Positions 36,191 through 44,500 of a DNA stretch of 64,000 nucleotides are shown one piece after another. Source of the DNA: Methanobacteriota archaeon (lineage in GTDB: Archaea > Thermoplasmatota > Poseidoniia > Poseidoniales > Thalassarchaeaceae); NCBI GenBank assembly GCA_019654055.1, contig BPDA01000001.1, positions 87,455 through 151,454 of the forward strand, in the 5' to 3' direction. The notes beneath the pieces were generated by a model, which saw only the letters and a program-made list of their open reading frames with translations, did no database searches and was not told where the DNA came from. Made by a program: the position numbers and the translations under genes. Every line of letters begins with the position of its first letter. Positions within the stretch are counted from its first letter, which is position 1.

Positions 36191-37169
36191 ATGGGCGGCA
36201 GCGACTTCTGGGAGTTGTCCGAGGCATCGACGAACCCCGGATTTCGGCTGCGCCCCCAGCGAACGCTCCTTGGATCAGCTGCTCTCCGCTGGCGTGGTCC
36301 TCGTGGACAAGCCTAGGGGGCCGACCAGCCACCAGTTGGCGGCTTGGGCTAGGGAGTCGCTGGGAATCACTAGGCTCGGTCACGGAGGCACTCTCGATCC
36401 GTTCGCTACGGGACTGCTCACGCTACTGTGCGGCAAAGCCACCCGTCTGACTGACATCGTCCTCAAGGGAGACAAGAGATACGTCGGGGTGATGAGGTTC
36501 GGAAGGGACGTCTCCGACGAAGAGCTCGAGGCAACGCTATCGAGCCTCAATGGCGTGATTTACAACGTCCCGCCGCTGGAGTCAGCAGTCAAGGTGCAGG
36601 TTCGGACCCGCACTATCCACTCGCTCAGGATGCTGGAATCGGACGCGAACTCCCGCATCGCGGCCTTCGAGGCATCGTGCAGCGCTGGGACCTACATCAG
36701 GACCCTCGCCAAGGACATCGGACTGATGCTGGGGACCGTATGCGAGCTGACCGAGCTGCACCGCGACAGGACAGGGCCATTCGACCAGACGATGGCCTGC
36801 ACCATGCAACAGCTCACCGATGCGTCCTTCCTGCACCGAGAGCATGGCGATGACAGCGCCCTATTGAGAATAATTGCACCCATCGAGGCACTTCTCACGG
36901 GCCTGCCTTCCATCATCGTCAAGGACGGCGCTGCTGCAGCGCTCTCGCACGGCGCACCATTGGCAAGGCCCGGTGTAGTCAGGGCGCAGAAGGGAGTGTC
37001 CGAGGGCTCCACCGTCCTGGTCAAGAGCCTCAAAGACGAAGCAGTATCGGTAGCGAGGCTGTCGGTGGACTCCGATTCTCTGCCGGGGATGATGACCGGC
37101 GAAGTCGCGGTTTCACGCGCTGTAATCATGGAGCCGGGGACATACCCGCAGAGCTGGTCCAAGGAGTGA
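36191..37169 (+). CDS. truB: tRNA/rRNA pseudouridine synthase Cbf5 (TruB family with PUA domain); N-terminus frameshifted at C4 36235-36238
   Basis: LVDKPRGPTSHQLAAW and GHGGTLDPFATGLL catalytic motifs, plus a C-terminal PUA domain (IIVKDGAAAALSHGAPLARPGV). ATG 36191 lies 7 nt after the cmk stop and gives MGGSDFWELSEASTNP, which joins DFGCAPSERSLDQLL if one C is removed. Confidence 0.85.
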
Positions 37170-37173
37170 TGGC

Positions 37174-37290
37174 TCAGGCCATCTCATGCTCTTCGTAGAC
37201 CCACTCTTCCGTCTCTAGACGAATCTTCAGCTTCATCATCTCAGTCACACACCACCGGCTCGGACACTGCGAGGCACCCTTGCGCGGCAT
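37174..37290 (-). CDS. possible leaderless micro-ORF (38 aa)
   Basis: MPRKGASQCPSRWCVTEMMKLKIRLETEEWVYEEHEMA. TGGTTATACC lies about 22-30 nt upstream of the ATG. No family recognised. Confidence 0.25.
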   Translation of the reverse strand: MPRKGASQCPSRWCVTEMMKLKIRLETEEWVYEEHEMA

Positions 37291-37311
37291 CCCCGTTCCG
37301 AATCGTGCTTG

Positions 37312-37320
37312 GTATAACCA
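37312..37320 (-). promoter_or_regulatory. TATA-like box (GGTTATACC) upstream of the 38-aa ORF
   Basis: Only AT-rich motif in the 216-nt convergent spacer. The distance to the ATG fits a leaderless transcript. Confidence 0.25.
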
Positions 37321-37385
37321 TTCCCTGAGAATCGCTGATTATCGGCCAGAACGGGGGTCTTGAAGGTGCAAACCGTAGCGCTGGG

Positions 37386-39760
37386 CTACTTCTTCCGATT
37401 GAAGGGTTTACTCACCCTGCTGGGGCCGAAGTACAGTGCCGTGAGCGATATGAGCACCACCCCGACGCAGATCATGAGGATCGCCGGCCCCCTGTCTATC
37501 GAGTCTATGATTCCACCATCCTCATCTTCGTTCTCTGAGACATCCAGCACTACAGTTCGGTCGTTGTTGCTCTCCGATATCTCGGTTATCGACCCCGTCC
37601 CGTCTGCGGTCACCTCGATGGTCAGGGTGTCACCGACCCTCGCCACCTGCGCGTCGCAGACGACCGAACCTAGCCCACCGGACTCGATGTGATCTATCAT
37701 CACAGAACCGACTAAGACTCCGTCGACCCTGCACTTTACGTCCACTGCATCGGCACCCCCCGCCCCTCGTTCCTGATGTAAGCGTGTATCTCGATGACAT
37801 CCCCGTCGGCCACCTCGGTCACGCTGACACCGTCCCTGCGCACGTCGATGGTCTCGACCAGCAGATCCGGTTTCGCGGTCACCACGACATCGAAGTCCTG
37901 GTAAACCTCATTCGTGCCGTCACTGACCGTGACCCTGACGGAATGCGTCCCGGCCTCGACGGGAGTCAGAACCATGTCGTCAGCAGCGTCGAAGGTGACC
38001 CACGACCTGCTGCTTGAAAGTGACAGTGATTCGGTGTCCGGGTCGGATATGTCCAGATCAATCACCATCGTCTGCCCCAGCTCGACGTAGACCACTAGTG
38101 GAAGCCCATCTAGGACAGGTGGGTCCTCCACCGCAGTGACCGTCGCCGTCATCGAGTCTGACCAGGAGTTCCCGAGGGCATCGCTGACGACCACCTCGAT
38201 GGTCACCTCTCCCGAGGAGTCCCGTGCCGGTTGTATCCTGACGTACTGGTCGACCACGCTGGCCTCCACGACTCCCGGATCTGAGCTCGTCGCACTGAGG
38301 ACGAGGTCTTCGGGCGAGGTTAGGTCGTCACTGCACCTCACGTCCATGGGCAGGTGGACTCCAGCATCGTCCTCGTTGAATGACATGTCCTCGAGCGCCA
38401 GGCATTCAGGATCATAGTCCCAATGCACCGAATAGCCACCGGTGATGGACATGGACTGGATGTGCACCACAGTGGACTCCGCGGTCCCGTCCGACGACCA
38501 CTGGAACCTAGAAGCGACTCCGACCGTCATCTCCCCTCCCCTCTCGGGCAGAGCGTGCCCCACTGGGACATCGACCGAGAAGGCACCGTGTTGGATTGGT
38601 ATACTGGCCACAAGGCTGCTGCCCACTGCGATTCTGATGTAACTGGTCTCTGCCAACCCTTCGAGCGAGCCCGAGACGTGCCCATGGGCTACCAGATGCG
38701 GGTCGTTGACATCGATGCGGACGCCCGATACGCACCCGTCTTCAATCTCAACCCTGACGTGCTGCGACGACTCGGGGCTTGCCAGTGCATCCCCTGACTC
38801 AATCTGCGTGTAATCCCCCTCAGCGTCATCCAGCAGTACCCAGATGGTGTGATTGCCGGTGCCGAAGACGTGGATTCTGCCCAGCTGCTGAAGCGGAGGG
38901 ACCTCGACGTCGAAGGACCACTCTCCCACAGCAGGCCCATCCGGAGCGAGTCCGCAGGACTCCTGTGACAGTCCGGTGATGGTTCCGTCGAACGGGCCGA
39001 TGTCCAACACCGGTGAATCCACATCGGTCACCGTGTTGATGGCCTTCACGGTTTCAAACGAATACCAAGGCTGGTGGTACTTCACACGCAGGCCGACCGC
39101 ATCCACCCTAACCTCGGAGTCGTCACTGGTCCCCGTCGATACGTAATCGATGGTGAACTGGGTGCCTTCCAGCGAGGTCCAGTCAGTGAGCGCCAGCCCG
39201 TCAAGGGAAAGCACCATCGGGTTTGTCATCCTGTAAATCGGCCCGAAGGTCCTAGCGTAGGTCACGACTAGTTTGTCCGAGTCGTGGTTCTGTAGGATGA
39301 CCCTGACCGAGTCCTGGTTCAGGACGTCAGGGATGGAGAAGTGCAGGACCAATGAGACGTTGGCCAACTGCATCCCGTGTAGTCCGCTGAAGTCGTAACC
39401 TGACATCGTGATGTTTGGCCCCTTGGACCAGGTGTAGTACGAGTCCGGCTCCCCTAGGGTCGCATTCGAGTTGGTCACGCTGTAAGTCGCCCAGGAGATG
39501 GTTTGCTGGAAGTTGTCAGGTCTGTTGTGGGTGAGGGACAGTTCGCCATCGGCCACCATGCCCTCGGAGTGCTCCGCCGGATTACTGGAGAAACCGGCGG
39601 TGCTGGAAATCTGCCACGATTCCGGCTCGGAGAAGTCACCGGCCTCTATGAGCCCGACCTCCTCGGCACCAATCACGGTGTCGGCAGTGGCCGATGGCAC
39701 CAAAGGTGCCAAGGCGGCCATGAGCAGGATGACGAGAACCACTCCCATACGACCACTCAT
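37386..39760 (-). CDS. secreted surface protein with Ig/cadherin-like domains, a CARDB domain and C-terminal TM anchor; frameshifted in a G6 run (C6 37756-37761 on + strand)
   Basis: Signal peptide MSGRMGVVLVILLMAALAPLVPSATA. The 674-aa ORF ends inside a CARDB domain (...DGDVIEIHAYIRNEGRG). The 119-aa ORF continues it (ADAVDVKCRVDGVLVGSVMIDHIESGG...ISESNNDRTV), then TM PAILMICVGVVLISLTALYF plus a basic tail. Confidence 0.8.
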
Positions 39761-39830
39761 TGCACGCCAGCGGGAGAGAGCAGGGCTTCAATCCGTTGGT
39801 CTCAGGTTCACCTAGTCATCGGTATAACGG

Positions 39831-39840
39831 TTGATAAACA
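39831..39840 (+). promoter_or_regulatory. TATA-like box (TTGATAAACA) about 25-34 nt upstream of tRNA-His
   Basis: AT-rich motif at canonical distance from the tRNA 5' end. Confidence 0.3.
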
Positions 39841-39864
39841 GGCATTGAGTCCATGTTGCCACAC

Positions 39865-39940
39865 GGCTGTGATGGTGTAGCGGTTAGCACGGTGGGTTGT
39901 GGTCCCGCCGGCCCGGGTTCGAGTCCCGGTCACGGCCCCA
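39865..39940 (+). tRNA. tRNA-His (anticodon GTG) with genomically encoded G-1 and CCA
   Basis: G-GCTGTGA..GTGGG-TTGTGGT-CCCGC..CCGGG-TTCGAGT-CCCGG-TCACGGC-C-CCA. The extra 5' G lies opposite C73. Confidence 0.9.
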
Positions 39941-39941
39941 C

Positions 39942-40550
39942 TCAGATACCATCACCGTTGAGGCGGGCGTCCTCGATGTCGTGCCCCATCCTGTCTATTT
40001 TGGTCGTCAGGTACTCGATGTTCTGATCCCCCACCCCGACCACCAGGGGCATCCTCTCGACTATGTTGGCCCCATTGCTAGCCAGTTGCAGCACCTTGTC
40101 CGGGTTGTTGGTCAGCAGGCAGACACTCTCGATGCCTATGGCAGCGAGTATCTCCGAGGCAATCCCGTAGTCCCTGGCATCAGCGGGATGCCCGAGCATC
40201 AGGTTCGCATCCAACGTGTCAGCACCTTGGTCCTGCAGGTTGTAGGCCTGTATCTTGGCGTGCAGACCTATCCCACGACCCTCCTGCCTGAGGTACACGA
40301 TGCAACCCCATCCGACATCTTGGATCTGCTTCATCGCGGCAGCCAGCTGGGCGCCGCAGTCGCACCTCAGGCTGCTGAAGGCGTCCCCCGTCAGGCATTC
40401 AGAATGCACCCTAACGAGGACGGGGTCCGGTCCGCTCATGTCGCCTAGGGTCAGCGCCACGTGGTCCAGACCCGTGCTGGCTTCGTGGAATACTCTGATG
40501 CGAAAGTCTCCGTATGAGGTTGGGAGTCTGGCGTCAGCAGGGACGTCCAT
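39942..40550 (-). CDS. ribA: GTP cyclohydrolase II
   Basis: YGDFRIRVF, VLVRVHSECLTGDAFSSLRCDCGAQL (Zn site), YLRQEGRGIGL and LLTNNP motifs. Start taken at MDVPADARL, because the longer track ORF runs over tusA in another frame. Confidence 0.85.
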   Translation of the reverse strand: MDVPADARLPTSYGDFRIRVFHEASTGLDHVALTLGDMSGPDPVLVRVHSECLTGDAFSSLRCDCGAQLAAAMKQIQDVGWGCIVYLRQEGRGIGLHAKIQAYNLQDQGADTLDANLMLGHPADARDYGIASEILAAIGIESVCLLTNNPDKVLQLASNGANIVERMPLVVGVGDQNIEYLTTKIDRMGHDIEDARLNGDGI

Positions 40551-40624
40551 GAGCTCGTTGACGCTATATCCGTCGGGCACGGCCCATCGAGAGGAACGTC
40601 CCCTTTGAACAATATCCCAGCAGC

Positions 40625-40858
40625 CTATCGCTTCTGGATGCGGAACAGGTACTCTCCCGCGTCCTCGCTCACGCCCAGCAGGGCCAGCCCCATGCGGTCG
40701 CACAGCGCCGGTATGTCGTGCAGCGTCTCCGGGTCGTCGCAAAGCACCTCGAAGAGCGTGCCGGGATTGGCCTCCTCCACCGCCCTGCGAGTCTCGTGAA
40801 CCGGAACCGGGCAGAGGAATCCAAGCAGATCGAGGGATACCGTACCCTCGTCGTCCAT
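40625..40858 (-). CDS. tusA: TusA/SirA-like sulfur-carrier protein
   Basis: 77 aa with LDLLGFLCPVPVHETRRAV (CPxP active-site motif) and GTLFEVLCDDP. Confidence 0.75.
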   Translation of the reverse strand: MDDEGTVSLDLLGFLCPVPVHETRRAVEEANPGTLFEVLCDDPETLHDIPALCDRMGLALLGVSEDAGEYLFRIQKR

Positions 40859-40866
40859 CGTCCCAC

Positions 40867-42291
40867 CTAGGCATCCACTATCTCTGGGGTGAGGGACCGG
40901 CCGTTGAACTCCCGGGCTTTGATGACGTCGATGACGTAGGCCACCTTCTCGACGTGAATCTCGACCTCGGTCTCGTCATCTCCCTGCGATATCTCGCCGA
41001 TTACTATGTCTGCGACCCTAGCCTGTTTGGCAATCCACTCAGCGAGCTCGAGCTTACTCGAGTCAGACTTGCCCACCGACAGCCTCAGCGTAACCATGCC
41101 GAAGGCATCGGACACCTCGTCCCAGTCGTCCCTCCTTCCTATGGGGTCCCTGTCGACCCCGTCCGGCAGGGGCGGTGCGCCCACTACTGGTATCGATAGG
41201 TTCCAGGTGGAAGATATTTTCTCGATTAGCGGCTGGTCCTCGCGCGTCACGAAGCTCCAGGCATGCCCCTTCCTGCCCATTCTGCCGGTTCTACCGATAC
41301 GGTGCACGTATGACTCGGTGTCATCTGGGAGGTCGTAGTTCACGACGTGGGTGATTCCATCCACATCAAGCCCACGAGCAGCTACGTCTGTTGCCACTAC
41401 GATGGACTCTCGACCCTCCTTGAAGGACTCGATTATCCTCTCCCTCTTGCCTTGGGGTAGGTCGCCGTGAAGCCCGATTGCACTGATCCTGAACTTGCCC
41501 AGCCTCTCGGAGAGGATCTCCACCATCCGCTTGGTGTTGGAGAACACGAGCATCTGGTCGTCGTCCCCCATCGTGCAGATGATGCGACCTAGGGCCCAGA
41601 GCTTGTTCGCCCTCCCAACGTGAATCGCAAACTGCTCTATCTCGGGTATCTCGACCTCCATGTCCTCGCTCATCACGTGGACCGATTCAGACATGAACTC
41701 GTCAGCCGCGTCCAGCACCTCCTGAGGAAACGTCGCACTGAACATCAGGGTCTGCTCCCTGTTGGGAGTCTGTTCGAATATCCAGAGCACGTCGGGGAAG
41801 AACCCCATGTCGAGCATACGGTCGGCCTCATCGAGGCAGAACAGGTTGATTCCTCCCAAATCGAGGTGCCCACGCTTGGTCATGTCGATGACCCTACCAG
41901 GGGTTCCCACTACTATGTCGGCGCCCTGATTGAGCCTCTTGGCCTGCTTTTCTAAGTCGGTGCCGCCGTATACTGTCTGAATCGACAGGCCCTTGCCTCC
42001 CTGGAGCGATTCCATTTCCTCGGCGACCTGCACGGCCAGCTCCCTGGTCGGGCAGAGCACGATTGCCTGAGGCGTCCCCTTGGGAGAGCACCTCTCGAGG
42101 ATAGGAATGCCGAATGCCCCAGTCTTACCCGACCCCGTCCGGGCCTGGCCCACCACATCCAGTCCCTGTCTGGCTAGGGGGATGGCCTCCCGCTGAATCT
42201 CCGTAGGCTCGCTCCAGCCGTTAGCTTGGACGGCACTCGCGATGTGCTCTTGCAGGTCCCAAGACGAGAAGTCAACCCTAGCCGCATTCAT
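40867..42291 (-). CDS. DEAD-box ATP-dependent RNA helicase with DbpA-type C-terminal RNA-binding domain
   Basis: Q-motif EPTEIQ, AQTGSGKT-like ARTGSGKTGAF, PTRELA, DEAD, SAT and HRIGRTGR. The C-terminal MVTLRLSVGKSD...IGEISQGDDETEVEI resembles the DbpA RBD. Confidence 0.9.
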   Translation of the reverse strand: MNAARVDFSSWDLQEHIASAVQANGWSEPTEIQREAIPLARQGLDVVGQARTGSGKTGAFGIPILERCSPKGTPQAIVLCPTRELAVQVAEEMESLQGGKGLSIQTVYGGTDLEKQAKRLNQGADIVVGTPGRVIDMTKRGHLDLGGINLFCLDEADRMLDMGFFPDVLWIFEQTPNREQTLMFSATFPQEVLDAADEFMSESVHVMSEDMEVEIPEIEQFAIHVGRANKLWALGRIICTMGDDDQMLVFSNTKRMVEILSERLGKFRISAIGLHGDLPQGKRERIIESFKEGRESIVVATDVAARGLDVDGITHVVNYDLPDDTESYVHRIGRTGRMGRKGHAWSFVTREDQPLIEKISSTWNLSIPVVGAPPLPDGVDRDPIGRRDDWDEVSDAFGMVTLRLSVGKSDSSKLELAEWIAKQARVADIVIGEISQGDDETEVEIHVEKVAYVIDVIKAREFNGRSLTPEIVDA

Positions 42292-42300
42292 GGTATCGCC

Positions 42301-42585
42301 TCAGAAGGTTTCCGAATCGCGGATCTCCTTCTGCAGCTCGCCCATCCAGTACTTGCGGCAGTTCTCCTTCGTGAGAAACTGGTCCTTGCTCGAAAAACTG
42401 TGATTGAAGTGACCCTTGTCGGCAGTCGCCCACTGGTCCTTCCTTCGCTTGTGGAACTTCTGTAGGACGTGCTGCCTCATGTACTGCCTGAACTTGATTG
42501 ACTTGCTGCGGTTGATACCCTTTGGCGTGACGCCGTCCCATAGCCTCTCGAATCGATCGAGCTTGTCATCGAAATCCTCGCTCAT
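42301..42585 (-). CDS. small basic hypothetical protein (94 aa)
   Basis: K/R/W/F-rich (FRQYMRQHVLQKFHKRRKDQW). Ends 10 nt upstream of the helicase start. Slightly lower GC than its neighbours. Confidence 0.45.
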   Translation of the reverse strand: MSEDFDDKLDRFERLWDGVTPKGINRSKSIKFRQYMRQHVLQKFHKRRKDQWATADKGHFNHSFSSKDQFLTKENCRKYWMGELQKEIRDSETF

Positions 42586-42842
42586 GCTCGCTCCTCGGTG
42601 TGCGGCCGACCTGACCGCTGTTTATCATGTTCACCCTTGCCCAGTGGATCACCGCTACGCGGTGCGTCGACTTCATCGATCAGTGGCTCGACCCTGTCCA
42701 CCGGGGCCAGGAAGCGATTCTTCTCGTCCTCGGTCCCGTCGATCTCAACATCCCTAGAGAGGGCGCCAAGCTTCTTCCTAAGGTCAGAGCGAGTCTCTTG
42801 TCTGAGCAACTCGGAGGCAGCTTCTCTCAGGGCCCTCACCAC
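42582..42842 (-). CDS. small acidic/charged hypothetical protein (86 aa)
   Basis: GTG start. 4-nt ATGA overlap with the next ORF. The 5' end overlaps the HEAT-repeat gene by 59 nt, so it may instead be a frameshifted C-terminal continuation of that gene. Confidence 0.3.
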   Translation of the reverse strand: MVRALREAASELLRQETRSDLRKKLGALSRDVEIDGTEDEKNRFLAPVDRVEPLIDEVDAPRSGDPLGKGEHDKQRSGRPHTEERA

Positions 42843-43794
42843 TCATGATGATCGGCAAGTGATCGATGCACGCCTTGCGCAGATTGTAGTCCCTGCTCCT
42901 AGCCCCATCGACCACCATCTTGTTGACGCGGGGACTCTGCATGTCCAACTTCTTTAGGGCCCTGATGACCGACTTCCTGACTCCAGCGTCCTCATCTAGC
43001 ATCGCCGCTTCGATGAATATGGTCGCGATGGCAGGCTCGTTGTTGGCGAGGGTCACGAGGGTGCCCGAGGCGTTCCTTCTGACCTGTGCGTCCTCATCCT
43101 CCAGCGACCAACCTATCAGGTCCCACCCGGTAGCCCCAGCGTTCGAGGCGATTGTGCGCAGGATTCTCGAGCCGCGCCTACGCAGGTCGGCATCCTCCTC
43201 GCGAATTAACTCGTCTAGGTGAAGGCAACCTGCCTCCGGCCAGCTCTGCGCTGTCAGGCGTAGTGCCTCGAAGGCGTTGCCCCTGCGGTCCCGGCTCTGG
43301 TTACGCAACTCCCTACGTAGAATCTCCTCGCAGCCGGAAGGGAATACCGGAGCAGCCTTCAGAAGGCAGTCCCGAGCAGCCCTCTCCACCTCGACGTCCT
43401 CGTCGAGCAGCCTGTCCGAGAGGCACTGCAGCAGGCCGTCGTGCCGCTTGATGGCGAACACCGGCAGTATCCTCAGTGCAGCTGTCCTGATGCCGGCATC
43501 GTCGTCGTCCAGTGCCTCGAGCAGCACTCCGTGTGCATCATCAACCTGACTCTGCATCACTCGGTGCAGGGCTTGGATGGCATCCACTCTTCTAGCGAAT
43601 CCTCCACCCAGCTCGCGAGTGAGCTGCAAGCCATCCGAGTCGCCACGCGCCAAGGGCAGGATTTCGTGCACCGGAATCATCTGCCACACCCCAGCGGGCG
43701 GAAGCATCGCTCGGATGTCAACGTCGGTATTTGGCCTGCTGCTGCTGATCGTCTTCCACGTCCGCGGATCGCGTGCGACGTAATCCCTTGCCAT
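42784..43794 (-). CDS. HEAT (PBS-lyase-type) repeat protein
   Basis: Five or more repeats of D-[DE]-D-x-x-[VI]R-x-x-A-x-x-x-L (DDDAGIRTAALRIL, DEDVEVERAARDCL, EEDADLRRRGSRIL, DEDAQVRRNASGTL, DEDAGVRKSVIRAL). Start set at MARDYV, because the upstream half of the 565-aa track ORF is antisense to the DUF2240-like gene. Confidence 0.65.
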   Translation of the reverse strand: MARDYVARDPRTWKTISSSRPNTDVDIRAMLPPAGVWQMIPVHEILPLARGDSDGLQLTRELGGGFARRVDAIQALHRVMQSQVDDAHGVLLEALDDDDAGIRTAALRILPVFAIKRHDGLLQCLSDRLLDEDVEVERAARDCLLKAAPVFPSGCEEILRRELRNQSRDRRGNAFEALRLTAQSWPEAGCLHLDELIREEDADLRRRGSRILRTIASNAGATGWDLIGWSLEDEDAQVRRNASGTLVTLANNEPAIATIFIEAAMLDEDAGVRKSVIRALKKLDMQSPRVNKMVVDGARSRDYNLRKACIDHLPIIMSGEGPERSCLRVAQTRDSL

Positions 43795-43843
43795 GCCGAC
43801 TCGGCCCGCGCATATCGCCGTCCCTCTTGAATGAAGTGCTTGC

Positions 43844-44500
43844 ATGCTCGGTGCGAGCGAGGCAAGCATCAAGCGTCTCCCCTCGCTCAGCACTGCGAGC
43901 GACATGGTCGATGAGCATCGGTCGGAGGTATGCCATCTCCTGCACATCAGCCTAGAGGGACTGACGGGAGGGGTGACGACGAGCGGCGAGTTGTCGCGTA
44001 TATGGTCGTTGGAGCTCCAGTGGTTCACTCCCGAGGAGGCCAATGAGGTAGTGACTGTGCTCATAGAGAGGGGCTGGCTGACGGAGTCGGATGGCAGGAT
44101 ATCTCCTCCTATAGGGGTCGACCTGTCACGGCCGCCGTTGGGCTGGCGTCCTTCGCGCCGCAGGCTGCTTGGAATCCCCGTGCTGAGCGAGTCTCCTATG
44201 ACTCCCACAGACCGGGAGCCCGTGTTGGAAGCCCTAGACAAGCCCAAGCCCATGCCGAGGATCTCCGACCCGACTCCGAGCAACCTCCCCCCAGACCGTG
44301 CCGAGGGCTCCATACCGGGCTTGATAGCGATAATCGCGGACAGTTCGGCCCTCGCAAACAAGGAAGTCATGCGTAGGGCGCAGAGAAAGCGTCGAGCGTT
44401 GGGCCCGGTAACTCTGTGGATGGCTCTGGCCCTAGTGGCAAGGGAGCAGGGCGTGGACATGCACGACGTGACCTCAGCCATCGAGGCGGATTACGCGTAG
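43844..44500 (+). CDS. DUF2240-like archaeal protein
   Basis: GELSRIWSLELQWFTPEEANEVVTVLIERGWL and the C-terminal IAIIADSSALANKEV...LWMALALVAREQGVDMHDV match my recollection of the DUF2240 layout. Confidence 0.5.
   Translation: MLGASEASIKRLPSLSTASDMVDEHRSEVCHLLHISLEGLTGGVTTSGELSRIWSLELQWFTPEEANEVVTVLIERGWLTESDGRISPPIGVDLSRPPLGWRPSRRRLLGIPVLSESPMTPTDREPVLEALDKPKPMPRISDPTPSNLPPDRAEGSIPGLIAIIADSSALANKEVMRRAQRKRRALGPVTLWMALALVAREQGVDMHDVTSAIEADYA

Noticed and set aside
39942-40874. 310-aa ORF suggesting a long N-terminal extension on RibA
   Set aside because: The extension is Arg/Gly-rich and overlaps the TusA-like gene (40625-40858), which is in another frame and has a clear CPxP motif. RibA starts at 40550.
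42784-42842. Possible frameshift fusing the HEAT-repeat protein to the 86-aa ORF
   Set aside because: The overlap is only 59 nt, both readings are plausible, and no homology is available by eye to decide. I noted it in the feature evidence only.
42784-44481. 565-aa minus-strand ORF, the longest call in this region
   Set aside because: Only its C-terminal ~336 aa (HEAT repeats) look like protein. The N-terminal 229 aa are Ser/Arg/Gly-rich and lie antisense to the well-formed DUF2240-like gene at 43844-44500. I trimmed the start to 43794.
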